The notes under the pieces are model-generated. The model saw only the letters and a list, made by a program, of their open reading frames with translations. It did not search any database and was not told the origin of the DNA. The position numbers and the translations under genes were made by a program. Positions 51,930 to 64,000 of a stretch of DNA of 64,000 nucleotides are shown here, one piece after another. Each line of letters opens with the position of its first letter. Within the stretch, counting starts at the first letter, position 1. This DNA is from Octopus sinensis (Eukaryota). Location: positions 58,838,001 through 58,902,000 of the forward strand of contig NC_043000.1 of the NCBI RefSeq assembly GCF_006345805.1, written 5' to 3'.

Positions 51930-53529
51930 ATTCAAAAGAGATACAACAGCAAAGATAGCAGAAAAATTTATGCAACCAAAATGATATGCCTTTGTGGAAT
52001 AAAGTTTCTATATTAAAACAATCCCACAGTTTAAATTGAAGAGAATCAATGAAGCAACACAACTTGAGAACCCACTTCAAGAGTTCAATGCAAATTCCTT
52101 TAATAACATGCCTGTTCTTGCTAAACTATATTCAAATACCATTGATGCAAAGATAAGAGATAAAGCAAAATTGAAGTACAGAAACTGATAACACAAACTA
52201 AATTCTACACTATAAAATTGGTTATTGAAAGGAAGGGTGACCCACTATAAGAATCATGTCAAAAATACATTAGCAATAAAGACTAGTTGGTGAAAGTAGC
52301 AGATGACAAAAGACTGCAACATGGGGAAAAAAGGGTGTAAAATATGATGATGACAACGCTAAGGATGTGTATATCAAAAGTTCAATGCACATTGATATTG
52401 AAATATAGAGATATTTTCCAATCCAAACATAAAATCTTAATCATTAAACATGTACAACTTGAAGCAAATAATAAGTCAAGAACAAAATTATTTTACCTCA
52501 TGATGAATAGAGGCATATTTTTTTATATATATAACAAGACATTTTTAAAATTCAGTAAAGCTAAAAGAAATATGTTAATTTTCAGAATTTATCATGATTA
52601 TATAATACATTTAAATCAAACCCTAGAATATTTTTACATTATTAAATCAATTTTATGTTTATAAGTTAATTCAATGGGGATAGTTCACACATTTAAAAAC
52701 TAATGGGAGAGATTTTTTTTCTGAACTTTAAGAAATTGTGATTTAATGAAACCTAAAAATAAGAGTTTAGAACTCCTAAAACACCTTAACATAATCAAAA
52801 TTAAGTATTTGCAAAATAATATATTGAATAATATACACAAAACTTCAAAAGGAATATAGAATTTTGAAGCAACGAGTATTTTTTCCAGAAAACTTTACAA
52901 AGATTCACACAATTAAACAAGTAAGTAATCAATTTTGTCATTTTTATTTATGTACTAAAATTACAAAATACATTTACAGTAAGAAATTATTTAACATGGG
53001 TAGCAATGCACAAACTTTATTTTTATTTAGTACAAGATATTTATGCAGGGTCTAGTGTTTAAAGTGTTGCACACCCGATCGTGGGTTTGATTCCCGAACC
53101 GGATTCTCTGTGTCTTTTCATTTTTTTTAAATCAAAACATCTCATTTTATGTTGCTCTTGATCATATTGGTATCAGACATGTGGTACACAGTACCCTTAT
53201 AGAAACAATGTTGATTTGAGGGATAAACACCTGATCATTATTAACAATCATCTGTGCAAGTTGTACAGTAAGAAATTGCAGGACCATCTTTCTTGGGCTC
53301 GAAAGACTACCATTTTAGTTTTTTGTTTTGTTTTTTGATATGATGAATTTTATAGCATCATTACTGATTAATTCATAATTCAGAGGTAATTCTATAAAGA
53401 ATCTGTGGAGAATTGCAAAACATTGCCTTCTAAAGTCTAATTATTTGTGAGTAGCAGCAGCAACATCCATTCAACAGTATCATCTTGCCTAATCCTTATA
53501 TTTTACTTTATTATTAAAACGATATTAAT

Positions 53530-53892
53530 GTCACGGAGATGTACTTGCATAGCAAGTGACCTGATCTGAGATTGTGTGCTGGAACGAAAACAATTGCAGC
53601 GTGGAAGGTGTTTATAAGCCATTTAAGAAACACACAAAACCGTTAGATTCACTTCAACATTTAAATTTAATTTGTCAAAATATTTTTGTCGCTTCGAGAG
53701 CATGACCTGTTCACTGAAAAAACTCCATGCTGTATCTCTGTGCTGCGATGCAGCACAGAGTTTTATCAGTGAACAGGTCGCGGTCTCAAAGCAACGAAAA
53801 TATTTTGACAAATTAAATTTAAATGTTGAAGTGAATGTAACGGTTTTTGTGTATTTCTTAAATGGCTGATAAACACCTTCCACTCTGCAATT
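53530..53892. mobile_element. Asymmetric fold-back insertion with 9-bp TSD
   Basis: GATATTAAT at 53521-29 and 53893-901; arms 53591-53735 and 53748-53892; perfect inner hairpin CTCTGTGCTGC-GAT-GCAGCACAGAG. Confidence 0.8.
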
Positions 53893-54594
53893 GATATTAA
53901 TATTGATAACGTAATTTCCTGAAACAACACTTATGTTAAATGAATTTGTATCATTTGCTTCCATGGGAATTATTATATACACCATTTAAGTTACCATCAT
54001 TATTGATAATGTGATTTTCTGAAGTGACACTATTTTTAAATCAAAATATTGTCTGCTCACAAGAAGGATTTGGCTGCTATTTCTAGCACATCTAGATTAA
54101 ACTTCAGATGGATTTTCACAAAGAGAAAGGTAGCTGACAATGTGAACACTGGAGGGTCTAACAAAGAATTTAGAAATGTACTTCACCTTAATGTTGACTT
54201 TAGACATCTTATTTGGGAAGAGTTCGGAGATTAATAGTTATCAAGCAAAGGTGAGATGATTCTAAAACATTGGCATAGCTTTAAAAAGCTATCGTCTGCT
54301 AACAATTAATGAAATAATACATTGGTTATTTCCAGTTGATCTCGGTTTTAAACAATGTTTGTCAAATATGTGGGGGGGGGGGGGTGCGCATACCTATAAG
54401 TGTATGTAAGGAAGAAACGGAAACAAACACATCAATATATACATATATATGTTAAGAAAATTATCAGTTACAGATTATGCAACCCTCTATGGGATAAATG
54501 TATCTGTAGACACTACTGGCATATTACATCATATATATATACATACATACACACACACATAAATATATACATATGTATATATACACACACATAA

Positions 54595-54643
<49 letters not shown>

Positions 54644-54646
<3 letters not shown>

Positions 54647-55252
54647 GAGTGGCTGTGTGGTAAGTAGCTTGCTTACCAACCACATTGATTCAGGGTTCAT
54701 TTCCACTACATGGCACCTTGGGCTGACCAAAGCCTTGTGAATGGATTTGGTAGACGGAAACTGAAATAAGCCCGTCGTATGTGACCTTGTGAGTACTGTT
54801 GGCGATTTTTTTTCCTCTGTCTTCCCTTCTCGGGATCTTTCCTTCTCCTATGTTTCCGACGAAGAGCTCTGCTCGAAACGTTAAACCCTCCTTCTTCCCT
54901 TCTTTCCTGAGCGTCCAATAATACTTTATTTGTTCCACGTCCTCACGTTGCTTTGTTTTTTTGTTTTTTCTTGTGTTTTCTTGTTTGGATTAACTATATA
55001 TATATACACATATATATACATATATGTATGCGTGTGTATACGTTTGTGTCTGTGTCTGTCACCCCAACAATGCTTGACAACCAGTGGTGGTGAGTTTACG
55101 TCCCCGTAACTTAGGGGTTCGGCAAGAGAAACTGATAAAATAAGTACTAAGCTTACAAAGTGTAAGTCCTGGGGTCACTTTGCTCAACTAAAGGCAGTGC
55201 TCCAGCATGGTCGCAGTCAAATGACTGTAACAAGTAAAAGAGAGTAAAGAGT
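54644..55252 (+). mobile_element. tRNA-derived SINE (family of 26322) interrupted by a PLE-like fragment
   Basis: Head CAGGAGTGGCTGTGTGGTAAG..., AAGCCCGTCGTAT, a ~210-nt foreign segment, the microsatellite, then the standard tail to GTAAAAGAGAGTAAAGAG. Confidence 0.85.
54852..54886 (+). ncRNA. Minimal hammerhead motif (U4C variant) in a PLE-like fragment at 54781-~54995
   Basis: GTTT-CCGACGA-A-GAGC-TCT-GCTC-GAAAC-GTT-AAAC: helix I 4 bp, helix II 4 bp, loopless palindromic helix III. Confidence 0.6.
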
Positions 55253-55293
55253 ATACATATATATATATATATATAATATATATATATATATAT

Positions 55294-55327
<34 letters not shown>

Positions 55328-55354
55328 TATATATATATACACACATATATACAC

Positions 55355-55398
<44 letters not shown>

Positions 55399-55525
55399 AC
55401 ATATATATATATATATACATATATATATACACACACACACACATATATATACACATATATATATATACACCACACACACATATATATACACATATATATA
55501 TATACACACACACATATATATACAC

Positions 55526-55557
<32 letters not shown>

Positions 55558-55603
55558 CACACACACACACACACACACATACATACATACATACATACAT
55601 ACA

Positions 55604-55639
<36 letters not shown>

Positions 55640-55959
55640 TATATACACTGCATGAACCTTGGCTTCTGTATCTGATGCCTGTTGCTTTAAGTATTTTATT
55701 TCGATTTTATGTATATATGTATGTATAAGCCAATGAGGGAGACCTCTACATGATAGCTAGACCTGGTAGAAATAGCAGCCAATCTCACTAAAAACACCCT
55801 ACTGTCTTAATCCAACAATTCTGCCTATTATGTAGTTTGAATGAAAAACTGTAACTAAAGATTAAGATTATTAATTCCACAAACCGAGGAAAGAAGAGAG
55901 ACAGCATAACGACGGTTTTGGCTGACTGTCATCCTGTACTCCACTTGTTGCAAGTGAAA

Positions 55960-56199
55960 TTATATGTGCCGGCTATCTGAGCAACTGGTTGCTAACAATA
56001 GTGGAACAAACATGACAAAAAGATTGAAAAATAGAGATTCTCACTTTGAAACTAACAATTTTGAAAATCTTTTTAGATTACAGAACGCACCGCTCTCTCA
56101 TGTATCCATGGTTAAAATTGCAGCGCAATCGGATGAACAATACTCCAGTTACAAGTGCACAAACAGACAGATAGACAGAACAGATTTTATATATTAAGA
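55960..56199 (-). mobile_element. Helitron-like 5' terminal fragment
   Basis: Minus strand A|TCTTAATATATAAAATCTGTTCTGTCTATCTGTCTGTTTGT...CCGATTGCGCTGCAATTTT; the 3' end was not found. Confidence 0.55.
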
Positions 56200-56316
56200 T
56201 AAATATATATACATATATATACATTCACGTATATACATATGTACATATACATCTATATATAGATATACATATATATAAATACATATAAACATAGATACAT
56301 ACATATATATATATTA

Positions 56317-56365
<49 letters not shown>

Positions 56366-57027
56366 CTTTTCTCTTGGTCACTGATTCTGTCCCCTGCCTT
56401 CCACCCTCTTTGATTCCCTCTCTCTCTGTCTCTCTTTCTCTCTCTCTCCTGCGACCTGCTGATTCTTAACCATTCTGTTGGCCATCGTATCTTGACCAAC
56501 ATGTGTCCCCGCTACCAAAACGGTAATTATTTCTACGCCAGCTGCTATGTTGTTGTTTTGTCTCATTTGGTCTAAAGTCGTATGACAACCACCGTTATAT
56601 ATATTTTGTTTATTCATTACTGTTTTCAATTTCGTTTTCGTCTCTTGTATTTACATCCGTCTTGTGCGTTCACATTCCTGTCTTCTACCAAGAAATCTAA
56701 TGCTTACAGCTTAGTTTTTTTCTTGGGGCTGGCCGAGTTGGAGCAAATATCAGAATTGAACAGCCGAAATTTGCTATGATGATTCGGTGTCTGACTGAAG
56801 ATTGAAGGCTTCGAATGATTTGTCTGTGTTCCGTGTTCGTCCCTTCTTGTATTTCACGTTCATTATATATAAAAACATTCATTCTTATATATATATATAT
56901 ATATATATGCATGTATGTATGCATGTATGTTTATATATAGTGAGACTTTACAAAAAAACAAACGACAAACACGCATGTGTAAACAACAAACAGATGTTTT
57001 AGTTTAACACTCAGGAAGTGAGAAAGT

Positions 57028-57063
57028 CTTTTACGTTTCAAGCCTATGCTCTTCGAAAGAAAG
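57028..57063 (-). ncRNA. Degenerate minimal hammerhead motif
   Basis: CTTT-CTTTCGA-A-GAGC-ATAG-GCTT-GAAAC-GTA-AAAG. Helices and spacing match 54852, but G5 and A6 of the core are mutated. Confidence 0.45.
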
Positions 57064-57994
57064 GAACACAGAAATAAACAGGGATAGAAAATAGAAAAAG
57101 GTTTAGTGGCTAGCGTTTAATCATGGCAAATGCCGGGCAGAGGGGTTACACAGGAGAGTTAGGTTGAAGGTGAGATAATAAAGTTGTAGTGCTCCAAGTG
57201 AGCTATAACTGGATAGCTTGCAATGAAATCATAATTATATTAGGAGGATTTACATGTAAAGTCAATAACGTTTTGATATAAGTGAAGTCAAATCAATAGA
57301 AAAGATTTCATGATAAAGAAACCCAATGTTGCACCTTTATCTATTACACATTTCTTATAAACATAAAAAAAATACATTTCAGTTATTGAACTATAATGAT
57401 TCAATACATAAAAGTTGTAAAACTAAACATTATTTTGAAAAATTTTTAATGTTTGTTCAATGTTAGTTGAATGTTACCTTTCAACTATAATATAAAAATT
57501 TGCACATATATTTGAAATAATTTTCTTTTATTCAACTTCATTGATGTCTTCAACAAGGCTGTTTTCCAATTTATAACAGTTTGTTCTACACTTACTCATG
57601 ATTAATGACAAACTGTGCTCAGCAGTTTACAAACTAATTTGAAACCATTTAATAAATATATTTATTTTCTATTGTAATTTGAAAGCAGCACAATATATAT
57701 TTCCAGAATGCAATAACTGCTTTAAAAATTTCATTAAACATAGTCTTGAGCACTGATTTAATTCCTATAGTATTCATTATAACCAACTACACAATATAAA
57801 TTAATACACTTAAAATTATTTTCCTTGTTTTCATTTAAGCGAATTTAGTTTCAACTCTGAGAACCATAAAAAAAATCAATCTTCTGTTAGTACAGTTTAG
57901 TGCCTTTAGAAGTTAAGATCTTATATGCTAGATTTTTCAAAAAGTATTAAAATGCTTGATTTTTTTCCTTTTTTTTTTTTGCCTTCTTGTTACA

Positions 57995-58208
<214 letters not shown>

Positions 58209-60143
58209 CAAATATTTTTTCCCCAGGTTCTGAAGGAACTAAAATTAACATTTTTTTATATTTTAACATTGGAAAAAAATAACAAAATATTAATTAATAA
58301 AAAGCATTTAAAATAATTTAAATTGCAGCTTCTCATTCACATTCATCTATACTGAAATACCAATGAATAATAGTTTTTTCTAACTGGTTTTGAGACATGA
58401 GTTTTGTGCATTATTTGCTCAGTAAAATTTTCATTGAATTTTCTTCATAATATTCAGGAGCTTTAAGCAAACTTGAAAAATACTCAAACAGACACCAAGT
58501 AAGTAAACTTTTACTATACTTTGCCAAGAGCTTGATAGGGAGGTATTTCAAAGGTAATGAAGTCATTTGCTACTCTGGGGCAGTATTGAAGACACTCCAT
58601 AATGTAGAATTATTCTACATCTCATCCTCTAATTGTAGCTATTACAATGTTGACTGAAAGGGAAACATGGTGTGAGCTTTATTCCAAATTTTAAATTAAA
58701 AATCTCATTCACATACACAATGTACAAATTGTGAATTTTTTTGTTAACATGAAAAAAAAATGGAAGTTCTGGAATAAGCAACAGCCAAATCCAAGATGGT
58801 CTCTTTCTGATTATCCAATAAGATTATGCATCTTGAGAAAATACTGTCATTTATTTCCTGCTGTTCAAGCAGCTATTAGCAAATGAAACACTTGCAAATC
58901 CTTTTAAAAGGATGCTCGAAAATAGGCAATAGCAACTTTCACTTTGTAATTTAACAACCAATGGCCCACTTTTGGAAGTTAATTATGTGCATTTTGTTGA
59001 AATTTCTAAATCAAACAGTTAAACCACTAAATTAATCTTTGTTTTAATTGTTGCTTAATTACAGAAAATTCTAAGCACTCTTACAACATTCAAATAATCC
59101 AATCTATTTTGAAATGAGTCTCAAATTTAAGCAATTAATAAAATTCTAAATTCCATTTTTATTATGCCACATAAATTATTGATAAAGTATATAAATGAAT
59201 AATATTTTTCACAAAATGTGTTCCTAAATACATCAACTGTTTTAAAAATTTGATATGGCAAATATCAAGTAGAAAATAAGTGTTTATTGTTTGATATGCT
59301 CATAATTTCTAATTTTCATTGGAAATAATATTTTGGAGCTTAATCTCTCATAGGTGTAAAACAAACAAAAGAATAAATAAAATAAAGCAAATGGTTTCAA
59401 ACAAACTGTAACAGAGAAACAAATGCAAAAAAGTAGTATACAGAACTTATCCGTTCTAATTTTGACAAAAATACATCAAAGTGATTAACTAGTTTAAGTC
59501 AAAGCCAAACAGACATCATTTTAAACATTTTTTCACTTTTCCAATGTGAAAATGTTTAAACAGAAAAACAAATGATAAGAGGAAACCTGAAGAAAACTAG
59601 TCTGAATTAAACATTTCACAAATCAATGATAGATAACTCATAAGGCCAATAATTAAATCCTATGGGTGTTAGTTTGTCGTTTTGTTTTTACAATAGTACT
59701 GAGTATATATAAAAGCTGGGGAAAAAATTTAACCTTTCACTAGTATTAATTTTTTAATAGATTTCCTTGACTAATTCAGTCTTAAACAATGAATAGGTAT
59801 TTGGTATTAATTCAATTCAGCCTGAATAACAATAAATAGTATCAGAAGTTTTGAAAATGAAAGTCAAATATCAAAAGAAAATATAATCTAGCAGTAATAT
59901 AGCCATCTTAATTGTTTCATGAACCACAAAGGATGCATAGGGTTCAGCTTAACATCAGTTTTGATTCTATTAAACAGATTAGAGAAATCTACCACATTCA
60001 TTGAGAAATAATATTACAAGAAAATCATGGTACATATTCTCCAATTAGATAAAATGAGGCAGTGCAAAATTTGGTTCCTTGCCCCCAGATGTAAAATGTT
60101 AGCAGCAGATATGAGTTCACAAACCTTAAAATGGTTAGTTTAA

Positions 60144-60536
60144 TCTTTATATATAAAACTAAGGTTGTGTGTCTGTCTCCTACGATTTAGATTCCTAACT
60201 ACTCCCACATTTTGCGGTGCAGTTTAACCAAAACCGGGTATCTTATAGTCATGATTCATATCGAGCCCTTCTGGGTATTAGCGCGCGTCTACGATGAGTC
60301 TACGATTTTAAAAATAATTTACCATCATTTTTTTCCATTTTAATGCATATTTTTTAATATAAGGGAAGTAACTCTCTAAAAATGTCTACGATGAGTCAAC
60401 GATTTTTAAAAAAATTTACCATCACATTTTTTCCATTTTTTATGCATTTTTTTGCTATTTTTTGGCTATAACTCTCTAAAAATGCTTTATAGTTATTTCC
60501 CTTACAAACCCGAGCAATGCCGGGCGATACTGCTAG
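60144..60536 (+). mobile_element. Non-autonomous Helitron, copy 2
   Basis: A|TCTTTATATATAAAAC start, CCCGAGCAATGCCGGG hairpin, CTAG|T end; homologous to 31436-31831. Confidence 0.9.
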
Positions 60537-62756
60537 TAAAATATAAAGATTCCACAAAATCATATTCAACATAGCAGGTTGTCCTTACCCTATCAATACT
60601 TCAGCTATTGACCAAATCAAGCTTTATAGACTGCATCAATAAAAATAAAAGACTGCATCTTACAACACATATTTTCATTTATCATCAACAATGGCATTTC
60701 TCAAATATAAAATAACAAATACCTCTAATACAGGAATTTTCTCAAGTTCATGTTGCATATCTAATGAATCATACAAAGCCTTTACTTCTTCAGTTGTTGT
60801 TGTAAATCAGCTTTCACCTTCTGTAAAGTTAATTTTTTGAACAGTGTAACTATGCAAGAGCTCCATAAATTTTTATGCTTCAGAGTTTAATAACATTGCC
60901 CCAGCCTTACACTACACTATTAGATGAACCAGCAAAGTAAATTAAATGCTTATTTCTTTGATTAAAAATGTTAATGCCTTGCCCAGTAATTTAACAGAAC
61001 TTATGCATGGAAATAACTGTATTAATTGTAAAATATCAAGTTTTTAACCTACCCATTTCTTATGAGTTTTAACATTTCATTAGGAGTCATAAGATTAAAA
61101 CGTTCATAACATGAATGCTTTGCTCTTGACACTATTCTTTTTCAAACTTTGATTCAAAATATCATTTCTAGGTTTCAATACATTTCCTGTTACAACTGGA
61201 CCATTTACATAACAAAGCTTTCTATGTATAGAATTGAATACAGACTGTATTTCATTGCTAAAACTTCATAAATAAAGAGAGGAATGATGATTACGAACAT
61301 GAAGTAAAAACATCTTAATCACTGTTAATGCTTATTCTGTTTTAGTTCCCTTGCATATAACCTGAAAGTACAGATGGCCAATTTGACATGGCAGTGGACA
61401 ATCAACCAAACATTTGAGATCTACAACCCATTCTATTCTTCTTTGCTTTTTACTTTTCAATGGTTCATACATTTAAATGCCATACAAAATGTTTCAGTTA
61501 AATTCTATAGACATCCTTTATGTCAGCTTCAGTTTAGGAATTATATCTCTAATGATATCAAACAATGATACTTGCATGTCCTTTCTTTTTATAACCAAAA
61601 TGCACATACAAATTAGGATTTACAGAGTAGTCAAGTTACATTCAAGAGACAAAACAATTAAAAGATATGACATATTAATATTAATGAGGTGAAAATACTT
61701 TTGTAATTTTATGTACCAAAATTTATTTGATATAAACTAATGGTTATAATAAATACATATTCTCCCACCCGACATAGCGGTGAAATCAAATTGAAGGGAA
61801 TATATCTCTAATTCACGCTATGTTCATGAATATAAAATAGAAAAAAATACATGCTGATCACTCACAAAAGTAATAACAAATAAATATACATACATATATA
61901 ATTGTTTCAAATTTAGGTACAAGGACAATAATTGGAGGTAGTACTTAACTAGAACATACTTTAACAGCCCTGAAATGATGAACAGCAAAGTTGTACTTGA
62001 CAAGATTTTAAGTCAGAATGTAAAGGGCATTTTGTCTGATGCTTTAACAATTCTGCCAATCCATTGCCCTGATAAATAATTAATAAATGATAGTTGACAA
62101 AGTTCAGGTAAGACCCACATCTTGGTTCTACTGCTGTACATCAGACATCCTAGATTTGAAAGGAACTGTCTGTCATAAGGCCATTCACAGACAAGCTCCA
62201 GCCTTTAGCCCTTGGATAAGCTATCTTCTCTGCCTTTCCTATTATGTTAATAATGGCCTCTGTGCCTTGGAGATAGCAGGGTTCATGGTATTTCAACTTG
62301 TTGATCTCGTCCCACATCTCCTCTCCTTCTTGTGTCCAACTCAACAAGGCACCACATTAATCACTACAGCTATTCATTCCTTCCTAGAATGTTGTCCCTC
62401 TGGAATTTTGCCTATACCTATATTTTTCCTGCAAATATTGATTTGTGAAAAATTATGAGGAACATTAATAGAAGCACACTCACTGGTCTAAGAGGGCCTA
62501 CAAAGACCATGGGCACAACCCCTTCTGTGAGACTCAACAAATAAAAGCGAAAAAAATTTTAATATAGGCACAAGGCTTCAGATTTGAAGGGAGTTAAAGG
62601 ATTAGATCAACTCCAGTAGCTGACTGATATTTTAATATTACATTTTATAAATGGCAGAGGAAGGTGAAATTGACCATTCAAAACAAGAGCCAGAAGAAAT
62701 ATCACAAGGCATTTTTTTTTTTTTTGCAGTTCTGTCATTTTACTACCAATAATAAT

Positions 62757-63117
62757 AAGAGCACTCAGAGAGTGCAAACCTCCGCCAAGGTAACATCAAT
62801 GTCCTCTCAATGAATAACCAGAGACGATTTTTAAAATGAGAATATCTGAAATAAACTCAACTGCTCTCACAAACAAGAATACTAAAAATGAACCCAACCA
62901 CTCTCAAAAATTAAGTGAAAAAGCAAGAAAAATAATGCAGAAACATTGTTCGATACCAGATCAATCCCAAAATCTAATCAGTTTGTGCCAGTCACGAGGC
63001 CAAACATCCCTCAGAGTTTCATCCAAATCCATCCAGCAGTTCTTGAGATATCTTGTCCATGGACAAACAAACACAACTGAAAACAATACCTCCACCTTCA
63101 CTAAGGTGGCGGTAATA
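62757..63117. mobile_element. Non-autonomous DNA element with ACCTCCGCC-type termini (Crypton-like; class uncertain)
   Basis: Left AAGAGCACTCAGAGAGTGCAAACCTCCGCCAAGG; right TACCTCCACCTT-CACT-AAGGTGGCGGTA hairpin. Classification is recalled, not verified. Confidence 0.55.
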
Positions 63118-64000
63118 ACAACAACAACAACAACAACTGTGCAGAAGTACAAACACATGACTGCTTGTAAATTACTAAATAACACAAGTAGTGGGAAGTC
63201 AAATAAATAATAAGGCTATAATAAATTCAGAAATGCTATTTTACCATAGTTTTACCTCTCAAATTATCCTTCTCATATCTTGCATGTATGTATGTATGCA
63301 CTGGCTGTTTTCATAGGCATAAGTTTATAATAAAAAATGAAAGGAAATGTGCACAAACCCACTAATAAATGATATAGGTGAGGTTTCCAGTAGATTAGCT
63401 TTACAAAAGCCATATTGGTAGTCAAAGATTATAATTATGGCTATTTTCATCACCTTTGAGATGTTAGAAGTAACATGAAAATAGCCAGTAGGATCAGCAT
63501 AGGTTAGCCTTCTTGAGAGTGAGACATATAGCAGAATGTTTGAAACAATCAGCATTTATTCCTTAGAACATTTTTGTGAGTATAGAGGTTAGCTCTGGGG
63601 CAACTGTATAAAAGAAATGGAAGGGAGATCGTGTAAACCAGTGGCTACAATAAGTGCTTTCATTCTTGATGTGTGATTGCGCATGGGATTGAGCCCATTG
63701 AAGTGAAGAGGATAATTTCTGAGGAAATTTTGCCTAGTGTATACAGTAAGGATTTGGGTGCAAAGCAGGTGACAAATGTTGAGGCTTTCTATGTGAGAAT
63801 ATAGCTTTCAAAACCAACATGATTAAGAAATAGAAAAAAAAATTTTGTAAAGTTGGTAATGATCATTTTGACAAAAGAAAAAGACACTGATTACAGGAAG
63901 ATTCAAGCAAATAAGAATCAAACATGTGGAATCTTCACTACACAAACAATAACTATGCAGCTATTTTAATATAATGTAATTTTTTAAAATCCATTTTTCA

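Noticed and set aside
53558-53600. CTGATCTGAG...GAAAACAATTG as a hammerhead in the fold-back element
   Set aside because: No valid CUGANGA spacing, and the would-be triplet ends in G.
58458-58498. Plus-strand 41-nt exon-like segment (ALSKLEKYSNRHQ, donor GTAAGT)
   Set aside because: It is isolated, with no partner plus-strand exons found; such matches are expected by chance in 64 kb of AT-rich DNA.
62087-62458. 123-aa ORF (also 43085-43276 and 52344-52664) as host genes
   Set aside because: No recognisable domain, no convincing splice or start context; compatible with chance ORFs or unrecognised old TE debris.

Overview
AT-rich, microsatellite-dense animal genomic DNA. The SINE, RTE and MITE families and the (TA)n/(CA)n/(ATT)n load suggest an octopus or related cephalopod; this is inference from recalled repeat families, not a database result. 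The window looks like the intron-dominated body of an unidentified minus-strand protein-coding gene, with candidate exons at about 45.1, 18.1, 11.7, 8.5 and 6.3 kb. It is filled with transposon debris: RTE-clade LINEs (one near-complete BovB-type copy with a 5' inversion), Tc1 and mariner transposons, TTAA piggyBac-type MITEs, non-autonomous Helitrons, tRNA-derived SINEs and several fold-back elements. Nearly all long ORFs in the supplied track are microsatellite artefacts or TE fragments. The most notable signal is not in the ORF track: seven hammerhead-ribozyme (HHR) motifs from about five different repeat families, tied to Penelope-like element (PLE) remnants. They include one essentially intact type-I HHR with a very long AU-rich helix II whose predicted cleavage site coincides with the boundary of an inverted repeat. 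They also include a tRNA-headed SINE that carries an HHR tail and is inserted with Penelope-style inverted-duplication architecture, making it a candidate PLE-mobilised ribozyme-SINE. All structures were read by eye; no folding, alignment or database search was run.
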